From positions 1 through 34,930 of IMG/VR virus record IMGVR_UViG_3300011336_000452: DNA of 34,930 nucleotides, one strand, 5' to 3'. The stretch comes from a virus (lineage: Duplodnaviria > Caudoviricetes). Shown piece after piece: positions 16,693-25,750 of this stretch. Below the pieces are notes generated by a model that had not been told where the DNA came from, ran no database searches, and saw only the letters and a list, made by a program, of their open reading frames with translations. Positions within the stretch are counted from its first letter, which is position 1, and every line of letters starts with the position of its first letter. A program made the translations under genes and the position numbers.

Positions 16693-16896
16693 TTATTCTG
16701 ATTTAAATGTTAATAACTCAATAGCTTCTTTTAATTGTGGTATTCTAATAAAAGCTAATCTTCTACTTTCTTCAAATGCTTTTTGAGTATCTTCATTCAT
16801 TATAAATCCTTTACCTTTTAACATTTGGTTTGCAGATTCAAGTGCTGTTAATTCTTGATTAAGTTTTTTCTGTAATAATTCAATAACGTATTCCAT
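16693..16896 (-). CDS. Hypothetical protein
   Basis: 67 aa, A-rich leader. Confidence 0.7.
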   Translation of the reverse strand: MEYVIELLQKKLNQELTALESANQMLKGKGFIMNEDTQKAFEESRRLAFIRIPQLKEAIELLTFKSE

Positions 16897-16917
16897 TTTA
16901 TTTGTTTTTGTTTGTTT

Positions 16918-17208
16918 CTAGTTATTCGGGAATAAAGCGGGGGCTACAAGCATCCAAAAATATTTTACTGAATAGTCATATTCTTTTGTTTCATAAAAAG
17001 AATCCTCTGATAATTCAATCAATAAAACATCCTCTTTTTCATCATATTCAAAACATAACCATCGTGTGTTTTTATTATCATTTCGGAAAATTTTAACTTG
17101 ACATCGAAATTCAGATGCTTCATCTTTGTCAATGAAATATCCCATATCGTATTCATCACACTCGGAATCCAAGTATTCTTTTAGCCTTTTTTCAAACTTT
17201 TCGTTCAT
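16918..17208 (-). CDS. Acidic hypothetical protein
   Basis: 96 aa, rich in Asp/Glu and aromatics. Confidence 0.7.
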   Translation of the reverse strand: MNEKFEKRLKEYLDSECDEYDMGYFIDKDEASEFRCQVKIFRNDNKNTRWLCFEYDEKEDVLLIELSEDSFYETKEYDYSVKYFWMLVAPALFPNN

Positions 17209-17243
17209 ATTGATTTGTGTTTTAAAAAGTTTTTTTTTTCGTG

Positions 17244-17492
17244 TTACTCTGCGTTAAAAGTTTTATCGAAGTATTCTTCTGCACTATTCCAATCAATTTT
17301 ATATCCATTCGCTAAATCTTGACCTGCGTGAAGGTTGTCTTGTGCGGTTTTAACTATATGCTCCCTAAAAATATATTGAGCAAGTATTATGGCTCTTGCT
17401 TTTGCATCAGAATATTCCGTAGATTCTTTGTAGAACTCTTTTTCTATTCTATCAAATTCTTCGGCTAACCAATTTACTACTGTCTGTTTCAT
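17244..17492 (-). CDS. Hypothetical protein
   Basis: 82 aa; similar termini to 26614..26838. Confidence 0.7.
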   Translation of the reverse strand: MKQTVVNWLAEEFDRIEKEFYKESTEYSDAKARAIILAQYIFREHIVKTAQDNLHAGQDLANGYKIDWNSAEEYFDKTFNAE

Positions 17493-17596
17493 ACCGTTAA
17501 AAGTTTAAATGCTGCGTAAATACAAGCTATTACAGTCAATCCAATAATTACCATCGATATTTGACCTACTATTTTTTCAAATTTAGATTCTTGCAT
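17489..17596 (-). CDS. Small membrane peptide (35 aa)
   Basis: Hand-translated MQESKFEKIVGQISMVIIGLTVIACIYAAFKLLTV; ATGA overlap with the next gene. Confidence 0.55.
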   Translation of the reverse strand: MQESKFEKIVGQISMVIIGLTVIACIYAAFKLLTV

Positions 17597-17599
17597 TGG

Positions 17600-19531
17600 T
17601 TATAAATTTTGAATAGTTAGTACTTCGCATTCTTTGTCTACTATCAAATTGATTATTTGAGAATTTGACCGTAACAAAGTTGTAATTGATTCTCGGTTAT
17701 CAATGAAAATAGGAGCTAAAATTTGATAGTGCAAATTCAATGCATTTACGATGTCAATACCTACATTCATTTGAAGAGCTTTATTCATTGCTGAATACGG
17801 TTTACCGTCAACAATAGCCTCACACGATGGATCTATACCGCCGTTAATTTGAACGTTAAACATTTTCCATTTAACCAACTTGAATAAACCATTAACACGT
17901 TGTTCTACAATATTCATTTTCGTTTCATTAAATTTGTCGATTTGGTTTTCGGTTTTTTGTAACTCAGCTATTTGACTTGCGACGGCTTTTTGTTCGTTTG
18001 ATAAATCTGAAATACGTTGTGAACGTCTTTCGATTTCAGTTTTCTTGTATAACTGTTGTTTAAGTAATTCCAGTACGGCTTCAATTTCTTTTTTCGATTG
18101 TAATAACTCATCGAAATTAGCCTGTTTAATTTCAGGAACTACAAACTTTTCAATTTGCTGTTTAAGCATTTGAATTTCTGCGGTTGTTTCTTGAGCGAAA
18201 AACTGATTGTCTTTATCGAATGATTGTAATTCTAGTTGCTTAGATTCAAGTTTTGTTTGAATTTCTTTGAAGTTAAATTCTTTGTATTTTGTCATTAAGG
18301 CTTCAATCTTTGCCTTATTTGCAACTCCAGTTTCATTTAGTTTTTGTAATTGATCGTGTTTCTTTTGATTGAATGACAAACGCAATTCATTTACTTTGCT
18401 TTCTGAATTATCAATTTGTCGGTTGCAAGTTGGGCAGCATACATCGGTTGGATTAAGTTCAAATTGTTGGGCTTGTAATTCCTTAAATTCCTCTCGAATA
18501 ACGTTGTTTTCAGATTCTAACTTTCCGATATTATGCGCAATCGTATCGGACTGACTGTTTAGATTTTCAAGTGTGTTTTTAAGATGCGTAATTTCGCGCT
18601 CAATATCCATTTTCTTAGAAAGAATATTGTTCTTTGTAACTTCGTTTTTAGTTCGTAATTCAGATTCTAGTTTATTACATTTCTGAATTAACTCAAAGCG
18701 TTCGTTATTAGCTGCAATTACCTTTTGTTGTTCAGTTGCATTTGCTTGTTGAATATCCACAATGGATGCATCTAATTTGGCTATTTCAGATTTCTTTTCT
18801 TCAATCTGTTTTTCGATTGATTCAAAATCTATTTGTTCGGTATCTGAATAATTAGCTTCTTTGATTCGTGTTTCAATTTCAGATAATTGATCTTTGAGTA
18901 ATTTAACTCTTTGGTTAATTACCTTTTTTTCTTCGATTAAATCCTTTTTGTTATTGATTAGTTCGATTAGTTCATTCGATGGATTGAAAGCGCCTAAAAT
19001 AGTTTCGTTAGTAATTTCACCAGCCATTACAGTTAGAACCTCTCTGCGATCATTCCATTTCATTTTTTCCATGAAATAAAGAGGGTTTGTAATTAGCTTA
19101 GAAACTTGCTCATCAATTAGCTCTTTGATAAATGCTTCGTATTCGTTTTTTTTCTTTTCAACTAGGTTAATGAAAAATGTTGTTTCGTGACCTGTAAGCT
19201 CTTCAATGTCGTTCCCACGTTTTCTAGTCCATTTCTCGGTATAAACACGTCTTAATTCAATTTCTTGACCGTCTGAAATGATAATTGCACTGACTTCATG
19301 TTCTAACTTTGGAATAAAGTTGTTATCCTTATCAAAAGTCTTAATTGGGAAATCGGTTCGATCCAATGAATCTTTACCAAACAACAACCAGTTATAAGCA
19401 TCGAAAATTGTTGTTTTACCAGCTGTGTTTTTTCCTAGAATGTTTGTTTCATTGCTAGTAAAGTCAATTTGGAATGACTTAATTCCTTTAAAGTTGCGTA
19501 ATTCTAAACGCTTTAAAAATAGATTTTTCAT
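17600..19531 (-). CDS. SbcC/Rad50-like coiled-coil ATPase
   Basis: LRNFKG, Walker A GKNTAGKTT, long coiled coil, CPTC zinc hook, C-terminal PIFIDNRES. Start set at ATG 19531 because the track's TTG lies in the promoter. Confidence 0.88.
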   Translation of the reverse strand: MKNLFLKRLELRNFKGIKSFQIDFTSNETNILGKNTAGKTTIFDAYNWLLFGKDSLDRTDFPIKTFDKDNNFIPKLEHEVSAIIISDGQEIELRRVYTEKWTRKRGNDIEELTGHETTFFINLVEKKKNEYEAFIKELIDEQVSKLITNPLYFMEKMKWNDRREVLTVMAGEITNETILGAFNPSNELIELINNKKDLIEEKKVINQRVKLLKDQLSEIETRIKEANYSDTEQIDFESIEKQIEEKKSEIAKLDASIVDIQQANATEQQKVIAANNERFELIQKCNKLESELRTKNEVTKNNILSKKMDIEREITHLKNTLENLNSQSDTIAHNIGKLESENNVIREEFKELQAQQFELNPTDVCCPTCNRQIDNSESKVNELRLSFNQKKHDQLQKLNETGVANKAKIEALMTKYKEFNFKEIQTKLESKQLELQSFDKDNQFFAQETTAEIQMLKQQIEKFVVPEIKQANFDELLQSKKEIEAVLELLKQQLYKKTEIERRSQRISDLSNEQKAVASQIAELQKTENQIDKFNETKMNIVEQRVNGLFKLVKWKMFNVQINGGIDPSCEAIVDGKPYSAMNKALQMNVGIDIVNALNLHYQILAPIFIDNRESITTLLRSNSQIINLIVDKECEVLTIQNL

Positions 19532-19552
19532 AAAATTGATGTTTTGTTTTGA

Positions 19553-19560
19553 CAAATATA
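19553..19560 (-). promoter_or_regulatory. -7 promoter box for the ATPase gene
   Basis: TATATTTG 21 nt upstream of the ATG; flanks nearly duplicate the recT promoter. Confidence 0.65.
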
Positions 19561-19606
19561 TAAATAAATTCTTGTTTAATATGCTTTTTTAGTAATTATT
19601 TTTTGT

Positions 19607-21790
19607 TTAGAATAATGTCAATGTACTATTTTTTTCTTCAATACATTCTTTATGGTTTTTTGCATTTAAAGCAAAATAGCTTTCTTTTAATTCAATTGAT
19701 ATTGATTTTCTATTCATTTTCAAAGCGCAAAAACCCTCGCTACCAATGCCGCCAAACGGACTAAATACAATTTCATTTTCATTTGAGTATAAATGAATTA
19801 TTCTTTCAATTGTATCTAACTGCAAAGGGCATATGTGTTTCTCATCATTTCCATCACGTCCGGATCTATATTGTAATGTTCTTGAATAATCAATATCATA
19901 CCAAACAGGAGATGCGTATTTTTGCCACAAATCAACAGGTAAATAATCTTTTTTTGATGGATCAATATCTTGATGAGTAATTGGTATTTCATTTTCACCT
20001 TCATTTCTAAAAAATAAAACATAATCAGGAATACCTACCCTTGTCATAGAACTATCTTTTTTAATAGTTTTATGAAGTAATCCTAATGCTTTTGTGCGTT
20101 GCATTTCAGTAACAGGATTTTTCCATATTGTGGTTCTTGAATGATAGATAAATCCATTTTCTTGAAACCAATCAATAAGCATTCCTGAAAAGTCACGTAA
20201 TCCGATATATCCCTCTTTGCCTTTTTGGATAGGTAAATCCATACAATGAATAGCACAAATTCGACCGGGTTTTAATATTCGTTTTAATTCTGGAATAAGG
20301 AATTTAAAATGTTGCTCAAATTGTTTGTAATCTGAAACATTTCCCATATCCTCTTCTTTGTCTGAATAAACATATAATTCAGCAAATGGAGGGCTAAATA
20401 CAATTAAATCTGCTGTATTATCATGTATTTTTTTGCTTTCTTGAACACAATCACCATTCAATAAATGATAGTTTTCTGTAATAATTTCTTTTTTGTTTAT
20501 CATAACTTTTGATTTATTTGATTTATAATCTGTTTCACTTGAATATTTTGCCATTTCTTGAATCATTTCAAAATGCCTTTGTTGCTTTTCTAATATTGTT
20601 TGTCTAACATTTATTTGTGATTCTGGAATTAAAATATGTACTGTAACTTTATTTTTTTGACCAAAACGATAGCAACGTCTAACCGCTTGATAAAACTGTT
20701 CAAACTTAAAATCATATGACATAAAAATCATTTGATTACAGTTTTGATAATTCATTCCAAATGAAGCAATAGAAGTCTTTGTAATTAAAGTTTTAAATTC
20801 ATTTTTTGCAAATCCATTTAAATATTTTGCTTTATATTCTGGACTATTTGAACCTTGAACATTTATTGCATTTTCTAGTTTTGATTCAATGCAATCTGTC
20901 TCATTATTTTTTAATCCCCAAATTATCCATTGATTATCATTTGAGTTTATTAATTCAATAGTTTTTTTAATTCTATTTTCAAATGATCGTTCTAAGTCTT
21001 TATGTAAGTCAGTTGCTGAAATTGCAACGTCTCCAAATAAGGTATTTGTATTGTTTTCAACTGAAATTACGTGTTCAATATATTCAATTTCTGGCAAAGC
21101 GTATCCACTATGACAAAATCCCAAAGTATTTGGATTATCGCATGCCATTGACCAAGTGCATACATATTTCCAAAATGGATCTTTAGCATGTTTTCTAAGT
21201 CTCCATTTTGAAGTTTCACCTCCGTCATGAACAAAATACATTGCTAACATTTCTAAATAGCTCATAGCGCCTAAAAATTCACTGTGTTGCCCTAGTTCCA
21301 TATGATCGTTTGGTGATGGTGTTGCTGTACATGCTAATTTGTAAGGTGTATATTTAAAACTTTCTATAATCAAATTAGATAGTTTACCATCCCTACCCTT
21401 TAAAATTGAACTTTCATCTAAAACAACTCCAGAATATTGATTTATGTTTTCAATATTTTTTAATTGATCGTAATTGGTAATATCAAAACAATCTAATGAA
21501 ATACCAAACTTTAAAGCCTCATCTTTTGTTTGTTCAACAACTGCTAATGGAGCTAAAATCAATACCTTTTTTTGAGTATGATTAAATACTAATTCACTCC
21601 ATGATAATTGCATTAAGGTTTTACCTAATCCACAATCAAAAAATAATGCAAATTTCCCTTTTTTTAATGCTGTTTTTACCGCATACTTTTGAAAGTCAAA
21701 TAGATTTTTATTAAGTTTTTCTTCATTAACTTCAAATCCACTTTCAATAAATTGTTTTTTCTTTTGATTTAAAAAATCTTTATAATCCAT
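19607..21790 (-). CDS. SF2 (SNF2-like) helicase fused to N4/N6 DNA methyltransferase
   Basis: Helicase motifs DCGLGKT, LDESS, CTATP, QAVRRCYRFGQ; then GDC, FSPPF, H-I-C-P and FSPFGGIGS (beta-class order). Start at ATG 21790. Confidence 0.88.
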   Translation of the reverse strand: MDYKDFLNQKKKQFIESGFEVNEEKLNKNLFDFQKYAVKTALKKGKFALFFDCGLGKTLMQLSWSELVFNHTQKKVLILAPLAVVEQTKDEALKFGISLDCFDITNYDQLKNIENINQYSGVVLDESSILKGRDGKLSNLIIESFKYTPYKLACTATPSPNDHMELGQHSEFLGAMSYLEMLAMYFVHDGGETSKWRLRKHAKDPFWKYVCTWSMACDNPNTLGFCHSGYALPEIEYIEHVISVENNTNTLFGDVAISATDLHKDLERSFENRIKKTIELINSNDNQWIIWGLKNNETDCIESKLENAINVQGSNSPEYKAKYLNGFAKNEFKTLITKTSIASFGMNYQNCNQMIFMSYDFKFEQFYQAVRRCYRFGQKNKVTVHILIPESQINVRQTILEKQQRHFEMIQEMAKYSSETDYKSNKSKVMINKKEIITENYHLLNGDCVQESKKIHDNTADLIVFSPPFAELYVYSDKEEDMGNVSDYKQFEQHFKFLIPELKRILKPGRICAIHCMDLPIQKGKEGYIGLRDFSGMLIDWFQENGFIYHSRTTIWKNPVTEMQRTKALGLLHKTIKKDSSMTRVGIPDYVLFFRNEGENEIPITHQDIDPSKKDYLPVDLWQKYASPVWYDIDYSRTLQYRSGRDGNDEKHICPLQLDTIERIIHLYSNENEIVFSPFGGIGSEGFCALKMNRKSISIELKESYFALNAKNHKECIEEKNSTLTLF

Positions 21791-21803
21791 ACTAAAATAA
21801 TTT

Positions 21804-21906
21804 AAAAAACAAACCCCCGTACTGATAGCCACAACCACGAGGCGTTTCAATACGAGGGTTCAAACTTAATTTCTTCATTTGTGGTTGTTATTTGAATGCA
21901 AATATA
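21804..21906 (-). promoter_or_regulatory. Promoter + kissing-loop terminator leader (copy 2)
   Basis: TATATTTG, 5' loop ACAACCAC, 14-bp terminator stem with loop GTGGTTGT, then TTTGTTTTTT. Confidence 0.7.
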
Positions 21907-21941
21907 ATAACTATTTGTTTATGTTTTACTTTTTGTGAAAT

Positions 21942-22334
21942 TTATTTTAGTTTTTTTAATTCTAATCCAGATAATTCAAACCATAAATTCTGTAATTGAT
22001 GTATGTAATCTAACCTTCTAATTTGTTGATTTCCTATATAACATTTAAATGCTTTTAATGTATCTATATCATCTGTAAATCTTATCTTAAATACGTTTCC
22101 TTCATAAAAAGAAAAATAACTTCCTTTTTCATCTTTAAATTTATACAAGCCTAAATCAAATAAACGACCTTCTGTTAATTCATAAGGGTGTAAAAAATCT
22201 AAACCATTGTACAATCTTATTTTTTCAAATACATATAAATCAATTTCAATTAATCCTTTTGGAAATAAACAATTTGAATTTTTTGAATATAAATAGTTAC
22301 CAATTTTAAGTTCATTTAATTTTAATTTTTTCAT
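21942..22334 (-). CDS. Hypothetical protein (ELKIGN...HQLQN family, paralog 2)
   Basis: 130 aa; shared terminal motifs. Confidence 0.75.
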   Translation of the reverse strand: MKKLKLNELKIGNYLYSKNSNCLFPKGLIEIDLYVFEKIRLYNGLDFLHPYELTEGRLFDLGLYKFKDEKGSYFSFYEGNVFKIRFTDDIDTLKAFKCYIGNQQIRRLDYIHQLQNLWFELSGLELKKLK

Positions 22335-22346
22335 AATTTATATAAT

Positions 22347-22760
22347 TTATTTTATTTCTAGTTCATTTCCACTTAAAACAAATACCAAATTTTGTAGAGT
22401 GTGGATGTGTAATTCATTACTCCAAAAAATACGACCCTCTTTTATTTCGTTCCAACGGTATTCATGTATTAAAATAATTTCAAATTTTGTTACCTCGCTG
22501 TGACCAGATTCTAAAATAGTAATTTCAATATGCTTTTTATTTCCGTTGTTATTTGATATTTCTTTGATGAAATATTGTTGAATAAAATGTTCACTTCGTT
22601 TATGCTGATAAGCAAATCCAAATTTCACTAACCATTCTGGATCGACTTCGATAAATTGACAATCAATCAAATGATAAAAGTCACCGTCAAATTGCTTTAT
22701 TTCATCTTTTTCAATAAACCAGTTACCTATCCTTAGTTCTTTCACGTTTTTTTCGGTCAT
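22347..22760 (-). CDS. Hypothetical protein (ELRIGN...HTLQN family, paralog 3)
   Basis: 137 aa; shared terminal motifs. Confidence 0.75.
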   Translation of the reverse strand: MTEKNVKELRIGNWFIEKDEIKQFDGDFYHLIDCQFIEVDPEWLVKFGFAYQHKRSEHFIQQYFIKEISNNNGNKKHIEITILESGHSEVTKFEIILIHEYRWNEIKEGRIFWSNELHIHTLQNLVFVLSGNELEIK

Positions 22761-23416
22761 AAATAATCAAATATTGAAGTTTGTTTTTCGTCTTTTTTTC
22801 TAATAATTCCTAGTGCTGTTTCAAGTATTGTTTTACCAGCTTCATAGTCTACTAAGTTACGAGCCATTTTAATTATTGATTGTTCGCCTTTATAATTATT
22901 AAAATTGTAATCGTGAAATTTACATAGTTTATTTAATTCATCTACCGTTGAACCACCAATATTGGCGTGCCTATTTGAAAGAATGTTAGGTAAAACAAAA
23001 TTAGACCAATATAAATGTCTTCCGCGTTTTTGTGCGGGTATCAATGGCTCATAATAAGGAATAACATTTTCAATAATATATTTACCTTTAAAAAAATTAT
23101 CTAATAACAATATCTCTTCATATAATTTCATATCAGGATAAACAGCCTTAATTTTATTTGAAATAACACCCGATATTCTTGCACGTGAATGACTTGGACA
23201 AGGAGGTGAACTCCAAATAAAATCAAACTCTTTGTAATGGTCTAACAAATATTGGTGCGCGTCTGCTACTATTACTTCGTCTTTTGGAAAACGCTCTTTG
23301 TATAAACGTGCTGCTTCATGGTCAAGTTCAACCGCAGTAATTTCTAAATTATGAGCTACTTCGTCCCACTTGTAACGATTACCACCTAAACATGCGTATA
23401 AATTTAAAATTTTCAT
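22757..23416 (-). CDS. Compact C5-cytosine DNA methyltransferase
   Basis: Motif I LNLYACLGG, motif IV SSPPCPSHS, motif VI ENV, motif VIII RGRH. Confidence 0.85.
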   Translation of the reverse strand: MKILNLYACLGGNRYKWDEVAHNLEITAVELDHEAARLYKERFPKDEVIVADAHQYLLDHYKEFDFIWSSPPCPSHSRARISGVISNKIKAVYPDMKLYEEILLLDNFFKGKYIIENVIPYYEPLIPAQKRGRHLYWSNFVLPNILSNRHANIGGSTVDELNKLCKFHDYNFNNYKGEQSIIKMARNLVDYEAGKTILETALGIIRKKDEKQTSIFDYL

Positions 23417-24261
23417 ATCTCACAATTTAATACATTTTTCAAATCCAAATTCTCATGTTTCAGCTTTTCAAAAACTTCATTTACGCAAATGAAATAACAT
23501 TCCTCTTGAACTGAATTTACGGTGCGTTGTGTTTCGTTCATGTGTTCATGTATTGCATTAAAAATTTTGTTCTTATTCGCTTCAAAAATTCCATTATTCG
23601 ACTTAAATTGAATACCTAAGTCAATATTTTTAATGGCTTGTTTATGAATTACTTGTTTTTGCTCCAAATCAAAATCAATTATTCGGTGAAATTCCACTAA
23701 ATTTTGATAAATCAATTTAATTGGTGTGTATCCAGTTTCTATTTTACCATTTTCAATGTAGTTTTTAAACATCGGAACTATTACATTACTCTCAAAATCC
23801 TTTCTAATTCGTACCTTTTCAATTTCGCTAGGCTCTTCAGGTTGTGGTAATGCGTTTATTTGCTTTGCTAGTTCCGCATTTATCTTTAACCGATGTTGTT
23901 CACTATATGCTTTCATTATTCGACCGAAATATTCAGGTGAAAAAGATCCGTAATGCTTACAATCTGTATTTAATTCACCTTTGGCAGCCATTGTAAAGGC
24001 GTATTTCATTTCTGCAAGTGAATAATTTAGGTAATTTTCTCGAATAAATGCTATTAACAAATCCATGTGATGGCTTCCCGGTACATTTTCTTTTGGTAAA
24101 CCTACCATAAAAATTGCATATGTAATTATTTCAGCTAATTGATTGTCAGTTGAAATTTTTACTTTCAATGGATGCAATATTGAATCTTTAACTGTTTTTG
24201 TATCTATTAGCGAGGTTGAATAATGCGTCCATGTACTGATCTGACTTACTTCCTGTTTCAT
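23413..24261 (-). CDS. Replication-associated protein (helicase loader/adaptor-like by position)
   Basis: 282 aa overlapping the end of the initiator gene; start uncertain. Confidence 0.5.
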   Translation of the reverse strand: MKQEVSQISTWTHYSTSLIDTKTVKDSILHPLKVKISTDNQLAEIITYAIFMVGLPKENVPGSHHMDLLIAFIRENYLNYSLAEMKYAFTMAAKGELNTDCKHYGSFSPEYFGRIMKAYSEQHRLKINAELAKQINALPQPEEPSEIEKVRIRKDFESNVIVPMFKNYIENGKIETGYTPIKLIYQNLVEFHRIIDFDLEQKQVIHKQAIKNIDLGIQFKSNNGIFEANKNKIFNAIHEHMNETQRTVNSVQEECYFICVNEVFEKLKHENLDLKNVLNCEI

Positions 24262-24964
24262 TATTTTTTGTTTTATTGATTACTATTTCGTCTTCCCAAT
24301 GTTGACCGTTTAGCCACGTCAAAGGATTTTTTCTAAACTGAATATCTGGAGTTGACTTTTTGTATTCAGTCGCTTTGTCGATTATCAAATCGTAAAGTTC
24401 GGGTTTTATTTTTTTGAACTTTTCAAATGATTTTGATTTGCCATATTTTTTATCGTAAGCATCCCAAAAAAGATTAAAATAAAATTCATAATCGACAGTA
24501 TTATATTCTTTACATTCTTTTAATTCTTTTTCTTCTTTTAATTCTTTACATTCTTGTTTGTTTCCGTCTGCTTTATTATTTGGTTTACTATCTGATTTAC
24601 TATCTGCTTTACTATTTGTTTTACTATCTGCTTTATCATCCTTTTGATATTCTTTGTAATTAACTATTGATATTAAAGTAGTTACGTTCGTTTTTTGCCT
24701 TACTATTTGATTATCATTTTCAAGAAATTTTACAAACCTTTCGACCTTTCCTCTTGACCACTTCCAACGCTTCGCTAAACTATCCAAATCGTATCCAATT
24801 TGACCTCTTTTAACTTCAACTTTTACACCTCTTTTAAAGAAAAAACTATCTGCATGATTAGCTAAAAGTAACATATCAATCCAAGCTAAAGACCGATTAA
24901 AAGGCTCTGAAAAATACAAAGGATTTTCCATTATCTTTCTGTAAATTTTAATCCATCCACTCAT
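24188..24964 (-). CDS. Replication initiator (lambda O / DnaD-like)
   Basis: MSGWIKIYRK...LLLANH...RGQ...LAKRWKWS N-domain; repeat linker; C-domain FWDAY...NPLTWLNGQHWEDE. Confidence 0.88.
   Translation of the reverse strand: MSGWIKIYRKIMENPLYFSEPFNRSLAWIDMLLLANHADSFFFKRGVKVEVKRGQIGYDLDSLAKRWKWSRGKVERFVKFLENDNQIVRQKTNVTTLISIVNYKEYQKDDKADSKTNSKADSKSDSKPNNKADGNKQECKELKEEKELKECKEYNTVDYEFYFNLFWDAYDKKYGKSKSFEKFKKIKPELYDLIIDKATEYKKSTPDIQFRKNPLTWLNGQHWEDEIVINKTKNNETGSKSDQYMDALFNLANRYKNS
24506..24643. repeat. Probable replication origin: 12-bp iterons plus 9-bp AT-rich repeats
   Basis: Six tandem TTTACTATCTGC-like units (24572-24643) next to six TTCTTTwnn-like units (24506-24559), inside the initiator gene. 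Confidence 0.7.
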
Positions 24965-25010
24965 TTAATTAAATTTGATAAAAACGGAAATTTCCATTTT
25001 TATAGTAAAC

Positions 25011-25113
25011 AAAAAAAACCTCCTAAATCCTGTGCGTCTCACTTCACATTCATTAAGAGGTTTAGTAACATCTTTCAGTTCTATTGTGTGAGACGGAACT
25101 GTATACAAAAATA
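25011..25113 (-). promoter_or_regulatory. Promoter + kissing-loop terminator leader (copy 3)
   Basis: TATTTTTG, hairpin CAGTTC/GAACTG with loop CGTCTCAC, terminator with loop GTGAGACG and T8. Confidence 0.7.
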
Positions 25114-25124
25114 CAAATTATTTT

Positions 25125-25271
25125 CTAATCAAACTCATTGTTATTATAAAATTCCTTAGAAATTTTGTTTCTTAATTTCACTAATCTACGTTTTTGCATC
25201 CAATAAAACCGATTAATAGTCCGAGCTAAATTATGCCTTTGTATTCGTGTTAAATTTCGCTTTACTCTCAT
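25125..25271 (-). CDS. Small Arg/Lys-rich protein (48 aa)
   Basis: Hand-translated MRVKRNLTRIQRHNLARTINRFYWMQKRRLVKLRNK...; ATGA overlap with the upstream gene. Confidence 0.6.
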   Translation of the reverse strand: MRVKRNLTRIQRHNLARTINRFYWMQKRRLVKLRNKISKEFYNNNEFD

Positions 25272-25534
25272 AGTGATTTTAAAAAATTGTATTTCTTTAA
25301 CCTACCTACTTTGTTTTTGAAATGGTTAAACTCGTATAACTTACCGTCATGGTTACTTACTTTCAACTTTAAATGCTGTAAATTTCCAGTTATTTGATGC
25401 CAGTACATACCGGGAACATGTTTAATTTTAATTGCACCGTCTTCGATCAAAATTAATGAGTAAGAAAGCCCCGTAAATTCATTTGAAATAACCACCATAA
25501 ACGGAACGTTTCTTAAAATTAATTCTTTAATCAT
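25268..25534 (-). CDS. Hypothetical protein
   Basis: 88 aa, coupled. Confidence 0.7.
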   Translation of the reverse strand: MIKELILRNVPFMVVISNEFTGLSYSLILIEDGAIKIKHVPGMYWHQITGNLQHLKLKVSNHDGKLYEFNHFKNKVGRLKKYNFLKSL

Positions 25535-25748
25535 TCATGTATTTTGATTTTTGCCTCAAATAATCCCCTACGGTGGCTTTATTATTGCAACACGTTACAA
25601 AGTTACTATTTTTATTTTTAGATGAACAGTAGCCACCAAAACAAGTGCATTCGTGAAAATTTAAACGTTCGCACAACATAGGTCTTTTTTTCCACTTGTA
25701 ATTAGCATTTAGCAATATATCTAGTTGTTCTGAAATTGTTGCATCCAT
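25527..25748 (-). CDS. Small Cys-rich hypothetical protein
   Basis: 73 aa with six Cys. Confidence 0.6.
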   Translation of the reverse strand: MDATISEQLDILLNANYKWKKRPMLCERLNFHECTCFGGYCSSKNKNSNFVTCCNNKATVGDYLRQKSKYMND

Positions 25749-25750
25749 AA

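Noticed and set aside
21791-21850. N-terminal hydrophobic extension of the helicase-MTase given in the ORF track
   Set aside because: It overlaps the terminator hairpin; ATG 21790 with an AT-rich leader is the more plausible start.
19607-23416. DISARM/BREX or restriction-modification defence system
   Set aside because: No nuclease or other core components; the context is the phage replication module.
24506-24643. CRISPR array
   Set aside because: Repeats are tandem, in frame and have no spacers; no cas genes.
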